DNA of 64,000 nt from a virus, in the IMG/VR virus record IMGVR_UViG_3300042562_001598, positions 89,149-153,148 of that record, one strand, 5' to 3'. Both the position numbers and the translations under genes were made by a program. Positions 48,048-56,299 of this stretch are shown here, in pieces (positions within the stretch are counted from its first letter, which is position 1; the number at the start of each line of letters is the position of its first letter). The notes beneath the pieces are model-generated. The model saw nothing but the letters and a program-made list of their open reading frames with translations. It made no database searches and was not told the origin of the DNA.

Positions 48048-48247
48048 AAACAAAATTAATATTGGGTAATTTAGTGGGAACCGAATTAAACAGGTCAATA
48101 TGGGAATCAGTTAGAGTTTCAATTGAGATGAAAGTAGGTGTTTCAGTATGGGAAACAATAAACCAATCAGTTTATGAACCGATACAGGAAATAGTAAATG
48201 ATTCAATCAACAACCAACTATATTGGTTAATAAAAAGTAAAGTATAA
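48044..48247 (+). CDS. divergent array unit (last)
   Basis: MKTKLILGNLVGTELNRSIWESV... Confidence 0.45.
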   Translation: MKTKLILGNLVGTELNRSIWESVRVSIEMKVGVSVWETINQSVYEPIQEIVNDSINNQLYWLIKSKV

Positions 48248-48305
48248 GGATTGGATATAACAATTTCTTAACTTAATATAATGTAATTTTTATCTATTTA
48301 TTTAT

Positions 48306-49010
48306 ATGGAGATGAAATTATCAATTATTATACCTTGTAAAAATGAAGAAAAATATATAGGTAAATTATTAAATTCTTTATTACAACAAAATTTACCTCA
48401 AAATGTTGAGATAATAATAGCTGACGCTAACTCAACTGATAACACTATAAAAATTATAAACTCTTATTTAGATTTACTACCTAACTTAAAAATTATTCCA
48501 GGTGGTTTACCATCAGTTGGTAGAAATTTAGGTGCTAAAGAATCAAAAGGTGAAATATTATTATTCATTGATTCGGATGTTTATTTTAAACGAGAAAATA
48601 TAATCGTAAAATCTTTAGATACATTCAAGAAAAATAAAGCGGAGATATTAGGTTGTTTCTTAAATATTGAGAATAATCTTAAAGTGAAAATGGTGTATAA
48701 AATCTGTAATCTTATATTCTATTTATCAAAATTTGATAAACCATTTGTTGTTGGGTCATATATGATGATTAACAAAGATGTTTTCTTTAATTTAGGTGGT
48801 TTTGATGAAGAGTTGATGCACTGCGAAGATTACTTTTTAAGTAAAAAAGTTAATCCATCCAAATATACTATAATAAATGAATATGTTTATACTGATGATA
48901 GGAGATTTATAAAATTAGGTATGTTAGGTATGATAAAATATTTTATTAAAAACATAGTTGAAAAAAACAATAAAGATTATTTTAAACAAGATGTTGGATA
49001 TTGGTTATGA
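48306..49010 (+). CDS. family-2 glycosyltransferase
   Basis: LSIIIPCKNEEKYIGKLLNSLLQQ...IIADANSTDNT...DSDV (DxD). Confidence 0.7.
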   Translation: MEMKLSIIIPCKNEEKYIGKLLNSLLQQNLPQNVEIIIADANSTDNTIKIINSYLDLLPNLKIIPGGLPSVGRNLGAKESKGEILLFIDSDVYFKRENIIVKSLDTFKKNKAEILGCFLNIENNLKVKMVYKICNLIFYLSKFDKPFVVGSYMMINKDVFFNLGGFDEELMHCEDYFLSKKVNPSKYTIINEYVYTDDRRFIKLGMLGMIKYFIKNIVEKNNKDYFKQDVGYWL

Positions 49011-49726
49011 ATTATAAAACAGTTATTATTTCAGATTTACATTTAGGTTCAACATATTCCAGGTCGGAAGATATCGCTAATTTTTTAGATAAAATTAAAT
49101 GTGAGACCCTCATATTAAATGGTGATATTATTGATGGTTGGGCGTTAAAAAGAGGAAACGCTTGGACGCAGGAACATATGAAATGCGTTAGAAAACTTAT
49201 GAAGAAATCTTATAAAACCAAAATATATTGGGTTAGAGGTAATCATGATGATTTCTTACATGATTTTATACCATTAAATTTAGGTAATATTAGTCTTGTT
49301 GAAAATATGGACTTATACGGGTTAAATGGTAAAAAATATTTAGTTTTACATGGTGATATCTTTGATGTATTTGTAAATAAAATGAAATGGTTAGCGAAAA
49401 TTGGTTCCGTTGGTTATGATTTTACACTTTGGTTGAATAAATGGTATAACAAATATAGAGCATTTAGAGGTAAGGAGTATTTTTCATTATCTAAAAAAAT
49501 AAAAGATTCAGTTAAGAGTGCGACCAACTTTATTGGGGATTTTGAGGACCATATGGTTAGTCATTCAAGGTCGTTAAACTATGATGGTGTTATATGTGGT
49601 CATATTCATAAAGCTGAGATTAGAGAAATAAATGGTATTGAGTATATGAATTCTGGGGATTGGGTTGAATCAAAAACCGCTTTAGTTGAATCTTATACAG
49701 GTGAATGGAGTTTGTTATATTATTAA
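49001..49726 (+). CDS. calcineurin-like metallophosphoesterase (LpxH-like)
   Basis: ISDLHLG, GDIIDG, GNHDD, LHGD, GHIH motifs. Confidence 0.65.
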   Translation: MVMNYKTVIISDLHLGSTYSRSEDIANFLDKIKCETLILNGDIIDGWALKRGNAWTQEHMKCVRKLMKKSYKTKIYWVRGNHDDFLHDFIPLNLGNISLVENMDLYGLNGKKYLVLHGDIFDVFVNKMKWLAKIGSVGYDFTLWLNKWYNKYRAFRGKEYFSLSKKIKDSVKSATNFIGDFEDHMVSHSRSLNYDGVICGHIHKAEIREINGIEYMNSGDWVESKTALVESYTGEWSLLYY

Positions 49727-49750
49727 TAACTCTAACATAACAAAATAATT

Positions 49751-49790
49751 AATTCCTCACTTATTAAAAAAGGTGAGGATTTGTTTTTTT
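49751..49790 (+). terminator. intrinsic terminator, member of repeated cassette (cctcacttattaaaaaaggtgagg)
   Basis: hairpin + T run; copies at 50059, 51078, 53923, 57598. Confidence 0.55.
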
Positions 49791-49845
49791 ATAACATTTT
49801 TTTTATTATATTTACTCATCTATTAATCTTAAAACATAAAAAACA

Positions 49846-50058
49846 ATGAAAAGAGTTATATTATTTTCTTCAACCTTATTTATTCTAACCGCATTAGTCG
49901 GAATCGTAATGACCTTAATCTTTGTTATAGCTCCAATTCCACCGGAAGGATTATACGCTCAAATTCTAAAGTTTGATTTTATACTATCATTTGCATTTGC
50001 AATAATTATGATACTATGTGGTGCGTTTAACGAACTTATGGAAAAGTTAAACGAATAA
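49846..50058 (+). CDS. small 2-TM membrane protein
   Basis: hydrophobic 70-aa ORF. Confidence 0.4.
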   Translation: MKRVILFSSTLFILTALVGIVMTLIFVIAPIPPEGLYAQILKFDFILSFAFAIIMILCGAFNELMEKLNE

Positions 50059-50102
50059 AAAAACTTCCTCACTTATTAAAAAAAGGTGGGGAATTATTTT
50101 TT
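50059..50102 (+). terminator. intrinsic terminator (repeated cassette)
   Basis: ttcctcacttattaaaaaaaggtggggaa + T run. Confidence 0.55.
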
Positions 50103-50119
50103 TATATAGTATTAAGTTG

Positions 50120-50127
50120 TATATTTG
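50120..50127 (+). promoter_or_regulatory. -7 box TATATTTG
   Basis: follows terminator; upstream of 59-aa ORF 50162-50341. Confidence 0.4.
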
Positions 50128-50161
50128 TTGAAAGAAAAAGTAAATATAAAATCACAGAATT

Positions 50162-50341
50162 ATGGAAGTTAAATATTGGGAAGATTGTAGGTCATTAAAA
50201 GAAATAACCGATGATGTTAAGGGTATGATATCAAGTGGTGAAATTAATGAAATTATTTCATTAACACATAGTTCAATTATCAATGCTGCTTACGGGTTGA
50301 TAAAGTATTCTGCGATTTTAGTTTATAAAAAAAATAAATAA
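50162..50341 (+). CDS. small protein (59 aa, not in track)
   Basis: MEVKYWEDCRSLKEITDDVKG...; ends AATAAATAAGTTATG junction. Confidence 0.35.
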   Translation: MEVKYWEDCRSLKEITDDVKGMISSGEINEIISLTHSSIINAAYGLIKYSAILVYKKNK

Positions 50342-50344
50342 GTT

Positions 50345-50689
50345 ATGAAAACTCAATTTGCACCTGAAGAAATTACATTAGAATTAAAAGCGTTGGGTTT
50401 TGATGAGACTTGTTTTGGTTATTATGATGGTACTGGTTATGTAATGATAAAAGAAATTAAACATTGTGTAATATCCGCACCGACATTCGCTCAAGCGTTT
50501 AGATTTTTTAGAGATAAGTATGAGTTATATTATACTATAGAAGGTTCAAAAAAATATGGGTTTGCTTTTTTTATTTATTATGAAAACGATGATAAAGGTG
50601 AATTAAAATCTAAAGAATATTCTACCTACGAAGAAGCTGAACAGGAATGTTTAATTAAATTAATAGAAATCACTAAAGAAAAGAAATAA
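50345..50689 (+). CDS. hypothetical protein, tandem paralog 1 (C-terminus YSTYEEAEQECLIKLIEI)
   Basis: paralogous to next gene. Confidence 0.45.
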   Translation: MKTQFAPEEITLELKALGFDETCFGYYDGTGYVMIKEIKHCVISAPTFAQAFRFFRDKYELYYTIEGSKKYGFAFFIYYENDDKGELKSKEYSTYEEAEQECLIKLIEITKEKK

Positions 50690-51069
50690 TGGAAAATCAA
50701 TTTGTTGGTTATAATGAAGCAAAACAATTAAGTGAGTTAGGTTTCAGTGAACAATGTTTTGCTGGTTACTTAAAAGAAGAAAAAACTCTTTGGATTGGAT
50801 ATGTTAGTTCCCAGGGTGGGGAACAATTCAATAGAGAGTATCATATCTTAGCTCCAACATATTATCAAGCGGTAAAGTTCATCCGGGATAAATACAATTT
50901 ATGTTACGCAATTGACCCCTACGATGATGGGACTTATGATTACACCATCTTCAACCCTTACATTACAGATGAGGAAGATTTTGAGGAAGGACCCTACAAA
51001 ACCTACGAAGAAGCGGAACAGGCTTGTTTAGTCAAGTTGATAGTTATCAGCAAAGGACTGAAAAAATAA
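50689..51069 (+). CDS. hypothetical protein, tandem paralog 2 (C-terminus YKTYEEAEQACLVKLIVI)
   Basis: shared APT(F/Y)(A/Y)QA(F/V)(R/K)F(F/I)RDKY core. Confidence 0.45.
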   Translation: MENQFVGYNEAKQLSELGFSEQCFAGYLKEEKTLWIGYVSSQGGEQFNREYHILAPTYYQAVKFIRDKYNLCYAIDPYDDGTYDYTIFNPYITDEEDFEEGPYKTYEEAEQACLVKLIVISKGLKK

Positions 51070-51077
51070 TAAATAAA

Positions 51078-51120
51078 TTCCTCACTTATTAAAATAAAGG
51101 TGGGGAATTATTTTTTTATA
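51078..51120 (+). terminator. intrinsic terminator (repeated cassette)
   Basis: near-identical to 50059 copy. Confidence 0.55.
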
Positions 51121-51133
51121 TGGATTATTAATC

Positions 51134-51141
51134 TATCTTTG
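51134..51141 (+). promoter_or_regulatory. -7 box TATCTTTG
   Basis: 18 nt upstream of ATG 51159. Confidence 0.45.
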
Positions 51142-51158
51142 TAAAAAGAAATTTAGTT

Positions 51159-51809
51159 ATGGAAAACATACACATATTAACAACGTTAAAACCAAGTAGG
51201 ATATTAAGAGGTCTTGATGGTATTAGAATATTTAAAAATGAGGTATCACCAGATAGTGAGTGGTGTGTTAATGTAAATATACACATAACAAATGATGATG
51301 AAATTAAAGATGGGGATAAACGAATTAATAATTACCAAAGAAAACCTGAAGGGGAGGAAATCCCAAGTAAAAAAATCATCCTAACAACAGATGACCAACT
51401 AATTCAAGATGGAGTTCAACCTATTGATGATGAGTTTTTAGAATGGTTTGTTAAGAATCCAAGTTGTGAGGATGTTAAGGTTGTAAAAGAAGGTTACAAA
51501 AAGAATGATATGATTGATGAAGCTACTTCTTACATATACAAAATCATCATTCCAAAAGAAGAACAAAAGCAACATCTTATTGGTATGATGAAAGCAGATG
51601 AAGAGTTGGGATTATATGATGAAACAGAACACTTGTTATCAACTCAAGCGAATAAAGAAAGGTTGTTAGAGGATGTGAAAGAAGAAACACAAAGAATGTA
51701 TAGTGAGGAAGAAGTTATTGATTTACTACAAGAAATGAATGATTATCCAACAATATTTGAAGGTAGAATTGATATTAAAGAATGGTTTGAACAACTTAAA
51801 AAGAAATAA
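51159..51809 (+). CDS. hypothetical protein
   Basis: 216-aa ORF. Confidence 0.45.
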   Translation: MENIHILTTLKPSRILRGLDGIRIFKNEVSPDSEWCVNVNIHITNDDEIKDGDKRINNYQRKPEGEEIPSKKIILTTDDQLIQDGVQPIDDEFLEWFVKNPSCEDVKVVKEGYKKNDMIDEATSYIYKIIIPKEEQKQHLIGMMKADEELGLYDETEHLLSTQANKERLLEDVKEETQRMYSEEEVIDLLQEMNDYPTIFEGRIDIKEWFEQLKKK

Positions 51810-51813
51810 TATT

Positions 51814-52032
51814 ATGGATAAAAATGTGTTAGACTGGATTGTTGCAATGGATTTTGCACATTATAAAACAGAAGAATTTCCTGATTATAAACCGTCAGGA
51901 CCATCTCACTGGTACATTAAAGGTTCACCTGAAAGATTTACAAGTGAGGAACTTATACAAATCTATAAAGGTGAGATGAATGATAAACTAAGAGAAAATT
52001 GGAATTGGGCATTAACAGATAAAAAGAAATAA
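51814..52032 (+). CDS. hypothetical small protein (MDKNVLDWIVAMDF; listed ORF 51739 starts upstream in overlap)
   Basis: start right after upstream stop. Confidence 0.4.
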   Translation: MDKNVLDWIVAMDFAHYKTEEFPDYKPSGPSHWYIKGSPERFTSEELIQIYKGEMNDKLRENWNWALTDKKK

Positions 52033-52036
52033 TATT

Positions 52037-52258
52037 ATGGACTTTAGAACAGAACTAGCAAAATGGGGTTACAATAAAGGTGACTCAATTGATGTTGATA
52101 TATTGGTTAATGAAATACTACCAAGTTTATTTTCTCAACAAGAAAAAAGTAATAATAAGGAAGAAGTTTGGACTATGTGTAATGAACTGGGATATTATTT
52201 TATTGGTGGAGATACTGTTGATTTACAAGAGATAATTAAAGAAAAAAATAAGTTATGA
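52037..52258 (+). CDS. hypothetical small protein
   Basis: ends ...NKL* in AATAAGTTATGA junction. Confidence 0.4.
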   Translation: MDFRTELAKWGYNKGDSIDVDILVNEILPSLFSQQEKSNNKEEVWTMCNELGYYFIGGDTVDLQEIIKEKNKL

Positions 52259-52458
52259 CACCAAAAGAAAAAGCGTTAGAATTGATAGAAAAATTCAAAA
52301 TTAATGATTATGATTGGATTGCACAAGGTAATCTTTATTGTGTAAAACAACATGTTTTGATTACTGTTGATGAGATATTATCAATGAAAATAGTCAGAAA
52401 AGACGACTTAACTGATGAGTATTGGGAAGCGGTAAAACAAGAAATACAAAAGTTATGA
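52255..52458 (+). CDS. hypothetical small protein
   Basis: ATGA overlaps at both ends. Confidence 0.4.
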   Translation: MTPKEKALELIEKFKINDYDWIAQGNLYCVKQHVLITVDEILSMKIVRKDDLTDEYWEAVKQEIQKL

Positions 52459-52694
52459 CACCTAAATTTTTAAACAATTATGGTAATCAATTAATGGATA
52501 ACCTTAAAGAAATAAAACAAAAACCGGAAAAAAGTTATAGTGAACAAGAAGTAACAGATTTATTAACAATGCAACGAGAAAATTGTTATGTTGCTATATT
52601 AGGTGAAACAAGAAATGATGAAATCGCAACAATCGCATTAAACGCTCCTGAACCTGGGGGTAGAAACGGAAGTTGGAAAAATAATAAGTTATGA
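52422..52694 (+). CDS. hypothetical small protein (start likely 52455 MTPKFLNNYG)
   Basis: AAGTTATGA junction. Confidence 0.4.
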   Translation: MGSGKTRNTKVMTPKFLNNYGNQLMDNLKEIKQKPEKSYSEQEVTDLLTMQRENCYVAILGETRNDEIATIALNAPEPGGRNGSWKNNKL

Positions 52695-52891
52695 ATAATA
52701 CAGTTTATTTTCAACCACCAGGGATAAGACCACAATATTGTGAAGCTGGTATGATTTCAGTTACGGACCCTGATTATATATGGTATTATGATGAACCTTG
52801 TAAGATATTAATAAGTGATGTTAAGATTATACCAAAAGAGAATGTTATTTACGATAAGAAAAAAAGATTATATATTATTAAAGAGAAATAA
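52691..52891 (+). CDS. hypothetical small protein
   Basis: ATGA overlap. Confidence 0.4.
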   Translation: MNNTVYFQPPGIRPQYCEAGMISVTDPDYIWYYDEPCKILISDVKIIPKENVIYDKKKRLYIIKEK

Positions 52892-52894
52892 GTT

Positions 52895-53113
52895 ATGATA
52901 CTACTGATAATATTTTTATACATTATACCCGTCATACTTTCTATAATAGTCATATCTAATAATTCAGATGAAATGACGGTGGGGGATTTAATAGGTATAG
53001 TTTTAATATCTATAATACCAGTAGCTAATATATTCACAGCTTATGTTGGAGGATTAATAGCTTTATGTCAATCAAAACAAGTAAATAAGTTTTTAAATAA
53101 AAGAATAAAATGA
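52895..53113 (+). CDS. small 2-TM membrane protein
   Basis: hydrophobic. Confidence 0.4.
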   Translation: MILLIIFLYIIPVILSIIVISNNSDEMTVGDLIGIVLISIIPVANIFTAYVGGLIALCQSKQVNKFLNKRIK

Positions 53114-53319
53114 AACAAACAGCTGTAGAATGGTTAGTAGAACAATTATTTGAATTAAGAAATCCTACTTTAAATCAAATAGAAATAATGAAACAAGCCG
53201 AAAAAATGGAAAAGCAACAAATAATTGACGCTCATATAAAAGGTCATAACGCACCATCAAGTACAATTAAAAATCACGATGCGGAACAATACTACAACGA
53301 GCGATTTAATAAGAAATAA
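53110..53319 (+). CDS. hypothetical small protein
   Basis: ATGA overlap. Confidence 0.4.
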   Translation: MKQTAVEWLVEQLFELRNPTLNQIEIMKQAEKMEKQQIIDAHIKGHNAPSSTIKNHDAEQYYNERFNKK

Positions 53320-53443
53320 GTTATGGAGTTATATGTGGAAATATTAAAAGTTATTTTTTTTACTTTAACGGTATTGGCGATGGGACTTGTTGTTGCTGGA
53401 TTAATGATAATGTTAATTAAAGAATATAAAAACAAATAAGATT

Positions 53444-53716
53444 ATGAAAAATATATTATCAATAACGGTAGGATTAATATTCACACTTATAAGTTGTGAG
53501 AGTAGAGTTACAATTTCTCAATCAGAGTATGATAAATTAATAGGTATTAATACTCAAACAAAAAGAACTATTACCTTTCCAGAAGGAAGTGTAGCAAAAA
53601 ACATGGATTGGTATATAATTCAAGGTTCTGATGGTCATGACTATATGGAGAATGGTGATGGAAGTGCTTATATATTAATGCACTACATAGAGTGTGACAA
53701 ATGTAAAAAGAAATAA
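53444..53716 (+). CDS. small lipoprotein
   Basis: MKNILSITVGLIFTLISC lipobox. Confidence 0.4.
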   Translation: MKNILSITVGLIFTLISCESRVTISQSEYDKLIGINTQTKRTITFPEGSVAKNMDWYIIQGSDGHDYMENGDGSAYILMHYIECDKCKKK

Positions 53717-53938
53717 ATGGAAAAAGAGATAATAAAACGAGGAAATGAAAGTGGTTATGAAACATTAATCATCCAAGGGAAATGGACCAGTTTGGAATTA
53801 ACCTCGGTGGATAAAGATGGGGATATTGAGATTGAGTTAAACAATACCGACGAGAACATATCTCTATACCTTAATCAAAATGAAATAAAAGAGGTTATAG
53901 AGTTCTTACAGAAACAAATAATATCCCCATCCAATTAA
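53717..53938 (+). CDS. hypothetical small protein (3' end inside terminator cassette)
   Basis: ends IISPSN* within tccccatccaattaaaaaaaggtgggga. Confidence 0.4.
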   Translation: MEKEIIKRGNESGYETLIIQGKWTSLELTSVDKDGDIEIELNNTDENISLYLNQNEIKEVIEFLQKQIISPSN

Positions 53939-53965
53939 AAAAAGGTGGGGATTTATTGTTTTTAT
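53923..53965 (+). terminator. intrinsic terminator (repeated cassette)
   Basis: atccccatcc...ggtggggat + T run. Confidence 0.55.
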
Positions 53966-53979
53966 TACTATTTGTGTTA

Positions 53980-53987
53980 TATATTTG
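53980..53987 (+). promoter_or_regulatory. -7 box TATATTTG
   Basis: 17 nt upstream of ATG 54004. Confidence 0.45.
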
Positions 53988-54003
53988 TAAAAAGGGATAA
54001 GTT

Positions 54004-54537
54004 ATGGAAACATTAAAAATTATAGGAGGGGTTATTGTAGGGTTTATTATATTAATACATCTACTGAATATGCTTGTGGATAGTAATAGAAGAAAACAAT
54101 TCAGACACTGGAGAATTGGTGATAAAATTCTATTATATAAGAATAATGCGGCCTCAAGAACATTGGTGAATTATCGTAAAGAATATGCTGAACTACTGGG
54201 ATGGTCCACAGATTATTTATATCTTGATTGTGGTGATGGTATAACAAATCAAGTTAAGTGGAATGTAATGGAGGGGAATAAATCTGCAGCATGGAGAAAG
54301 AACTTTGATGATGCGAAGAAAGAGATGGGTATTAATCCCGCGTTTCCTTATGATGCGATGAGCCTTCCGGAATATTCAAATGATGATTTTCTTATTCCAA
54401 TTGGGGAGAAGTTTCAGGGTAAGGATATTAGTTTAATGACCGAGACGGAGTGCCAAGTTTATTTAAAGATTGCAATTGATAATGATGATTATTCCAAAGC
54501 GGAGTTAATAAGAAAGAGATTAGAGAATTTTAGATAA
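54004..54537 (+). CDS. membrane-anchored hypothetical protein
   Basis: N-terminal TM; 177 aa. Confidence 0.45.
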   Translation: METLKIIGGVIVGFIILIHLLNMLVDSNRRKQFRHWRIGDKILLYKNNAASRTLVNYRKEYAELLGWSTDYLYLDCGDGITNQVKWNVMEGNKSAAWRKNFDDAKKEMGINPAFPYDAMSLPEYSNDDFLIPIGEKFQGKDISLMTETECQVYLKIAIDNDDYSKAELIRKRLENFR

Positions 54538-54575
54538 GGGGCTGGGGATAACCTCGTGATAACGACCCGGACCAT

Positions 54576-55400
54576 ATGAGAGATAATAAGAAAGGGGATA
54601 ATATAAATAATAATGTTATGACAATAGATTTAAGATTTGGTGATACGATAGAACAAATGAAATTGATATCTGATAAAAGTATTGACTTTATTTGTTGTGA
54701 TTTACCTTATGGTTCAACAAAAAACAATTGGGATATTATCATACCATTTGACCAACTTTGGGAACAATATAAGAGAATTATTAAAGATGATGGGGCTATC
54801 GCGTTATTTGGGACAGGTTTGTTTGCTTATAAGTTAGCGTTATCAAATGAGAAAATGTATAAGTATGAAATAATTTGGTCAAAATCTAAAAGTGGTAGTT
54901 CATTTACTGCAAAATATAGACCCGTTCAGAAACATGAAAACATTTTAATATTTGGGAAAGGTAAAGTGGTATATAATCCACAATTAGAACCGGGTGAACC
55001 ATACTATAGGAAACGGAAAGCTAATGATGGGGATAAACCAAATAATCATAAATTAGGTGTTGTATCTGAAAGTGAGACCAAGAATGATGGGTTTAGATAT
55101 CCGTCAACTATTCAATTTTTCCAACAAAAATGGAGAAGGCAAGACCAACTACATAGTACACAAAAACCTGTGGAACTTATAGAATGGTTAATAAAATCAT
55201 ATAGTAATGAAAGTGATACTATTTTGGATAATACATTTGGTAGTTGCACCGCGGGAATTGCTAGTATAAACACTAATAGGAATTTTATAGGAATTGAGAA
55301 TAACCAACATTATTTTGATGTTTCTATAGAGAGAATTAATAAAATATTACAATATAACGACCCGAACCATATGAAAGACATTATCTTAATTACTCAATAA
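54576..55400 (+). CDS. beta-class N6-adenine/N4-cytosine DNA methyltransferase (start probably 54618, MTIDLRFGD)
   Basis: motif IV CCDLPYGS (D/S-PPY-like), C-terminal motif I ILDNTFGSCTAGIAS (DxFxGSGT). Confidence 0.7.
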   Translation: MRDNKKGDNINNNVMTIDLRFGDTIEQMKLISDKSIDFICCDLPYGSTKNNWDIIIPFDQLWEQYKRIIKDDGAIALFGTGLFAYKLALSNEKMYKYEIIWSKSKSGSSFTAKYRPVQKHENILIFGKGKVVYNPQLEPGEPYYRKRKANDGDKPNNHKLGVVSESETKNDGFRYPSTIQFFQQKWRRQDQLHSTQKPVELIEWLIKSYSNESDTILDNTFGSCTAGIASINTNRNFIGIENNQHYFDVSIERINKILQYNDPNHMKDIILITQ

Positions 55401-55431
55401 AAAAAGGGGGGATAATATAAATAATAATGTT

Positions 55432-55950
55432 ATGAGAGTAAATTTCAACAAAGTTACCTGTATTAACTTAAAATCTGTTAATCAACAACAACTATTGGCC
55501 ATATGTGAGACCTACCTATTTGGTTTTGAGGGATTACTTATGGATAAAAAAGACGGAATAAATATTATATGGATAGATAGTGAAGCAAATACTGTTGCAT
55601 ATACATATACTGGTGATTGGGGAGAAGTATTGGTTAAGGGGAGTCACTACAATGGGATGGTTCAAAAGGACTATGATAGAATAATGGATATTAAACCCGT
55701 AAAGACCCCAAAGTTTCCAAAGACAGACCAAGCACTAAATAATTATATTTCTTTCTTAAAAGAGGGATTTGATGTGAGAATACCCACAATTGATTCGTTA
55801 ATAGAACATAAGTTAAGAGAACAAGAAAGATACAAAGAAATACAACAAATACCGGTTATATTAGATATGGATATAATCTTGGATAAGATTAATAAGTATG
55901 GGATAACTTCATTAACCGATGAAGAGAAAGATTATATGGATAATATCTAA
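55432..55950 (+). CDS. hypothetical protein
   Basis: preceded by the same 28-nt GGGGATAATATAAATAATAATGTTATG element as the MTase gene. Confidence 0.45.
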   Translation: MRVNFNKVTCINLKSVNQQQLLAICETYLFGFEGLLMDKKDGINIIWIDSEANTVAYTYTGDWGEVLVKGSHYNGMVQKDYDRIMDIKPVKTPKFPKTDQALNNYISFLKEGFDVRIPTIDSLIEHKLREQERYKEIQQIPVILDMDIILDKINKYGITSLTDEEKDYMDNI

Positions 55951-55987
55951 AATTGGGGATAACATATATTTATTATAAAATCGTAAT

Positions 55988-56299
55988 ATGAACTTAAACG
56001 AAAACATACAGAGAATAAAACAAATGATGGGGGTCATAACTGAAGATAGGTCATCAATAAATGTGTTAAGAAGATTACCAAGGGTTAAAAAATTATTAGA
56101 TGTGATTTTAGAATATTCACATCCTTGTGATTTTGGTAATGTTCAACATTTTATTGATGGAATATTATACGATATTGATACTTTTTTAATTGCGTATGAA
56201 ATGGAAGGTATGTCTTCAGGTGAGATAAAAGAGTTTATTTCAGAATATTTAAGTGATGATATTGAGAGATATTATTATGATAGTAAAGAAGATTGTTAA
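55988..56299 (+). CDS. hypothetical protein with MNLNENIQRIKQMMG N-terminus
   Basis: 103-aa ORF. Confidence 0.45.
   Translation: MNLNENIQRIKQMMGVITEDRSSINVLRRLPRVKKLLDVILEYSHPCDFGNVQHFIDGILYDIDTFLIAYEMEGMSSGEIKEFISEYLSDDIERYYYDSKEDC

Larger units (their letters stand above)
44624..48247 (+). repeat. tandem array of about 18 paralogous minigenes (leader MKTKIxLGKSV + x-S-V-x tetrapeptide repeats; 12-nt DNA period nnTTCAGTGnnn)
   Basis: head-to-tail units with ATGA start/stop overlaps; units begin at about 44624, 44824, 45060, 45221, 45385, 45598, 45774, 46000, 46164, 46327, 46520, 46693, 46977, 47225, 47437, 47644, 47832, 48044. Confidence 0.85.

Noticed and set aside
44624-48247. CRISPR array interpretation (conserved about 45-bp leader as repeat, about 160-bp bodies as spacers)
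   Set aside because: Units are head-to-tail ORFs with ATG/ATGA junctions. The 'spacers' all share the same internal 12-nt periodicity rather than being unique. Unit lengths vary. There are no cas genes and no palindromic CRISPR repeat.
44624-48247. RiPP/lanthipeptide precursor array (conserved leader + hypervariable Ser-rich core, like prochlorosin families)
   Set aside because: The architecture is superficially similar, but Cys is sparse and irregular. No LanM/LanB/C or radical-SAM maturase is in the window. Core variability follows a DNA slippage pattern. Kept only as a low-probability alternative.
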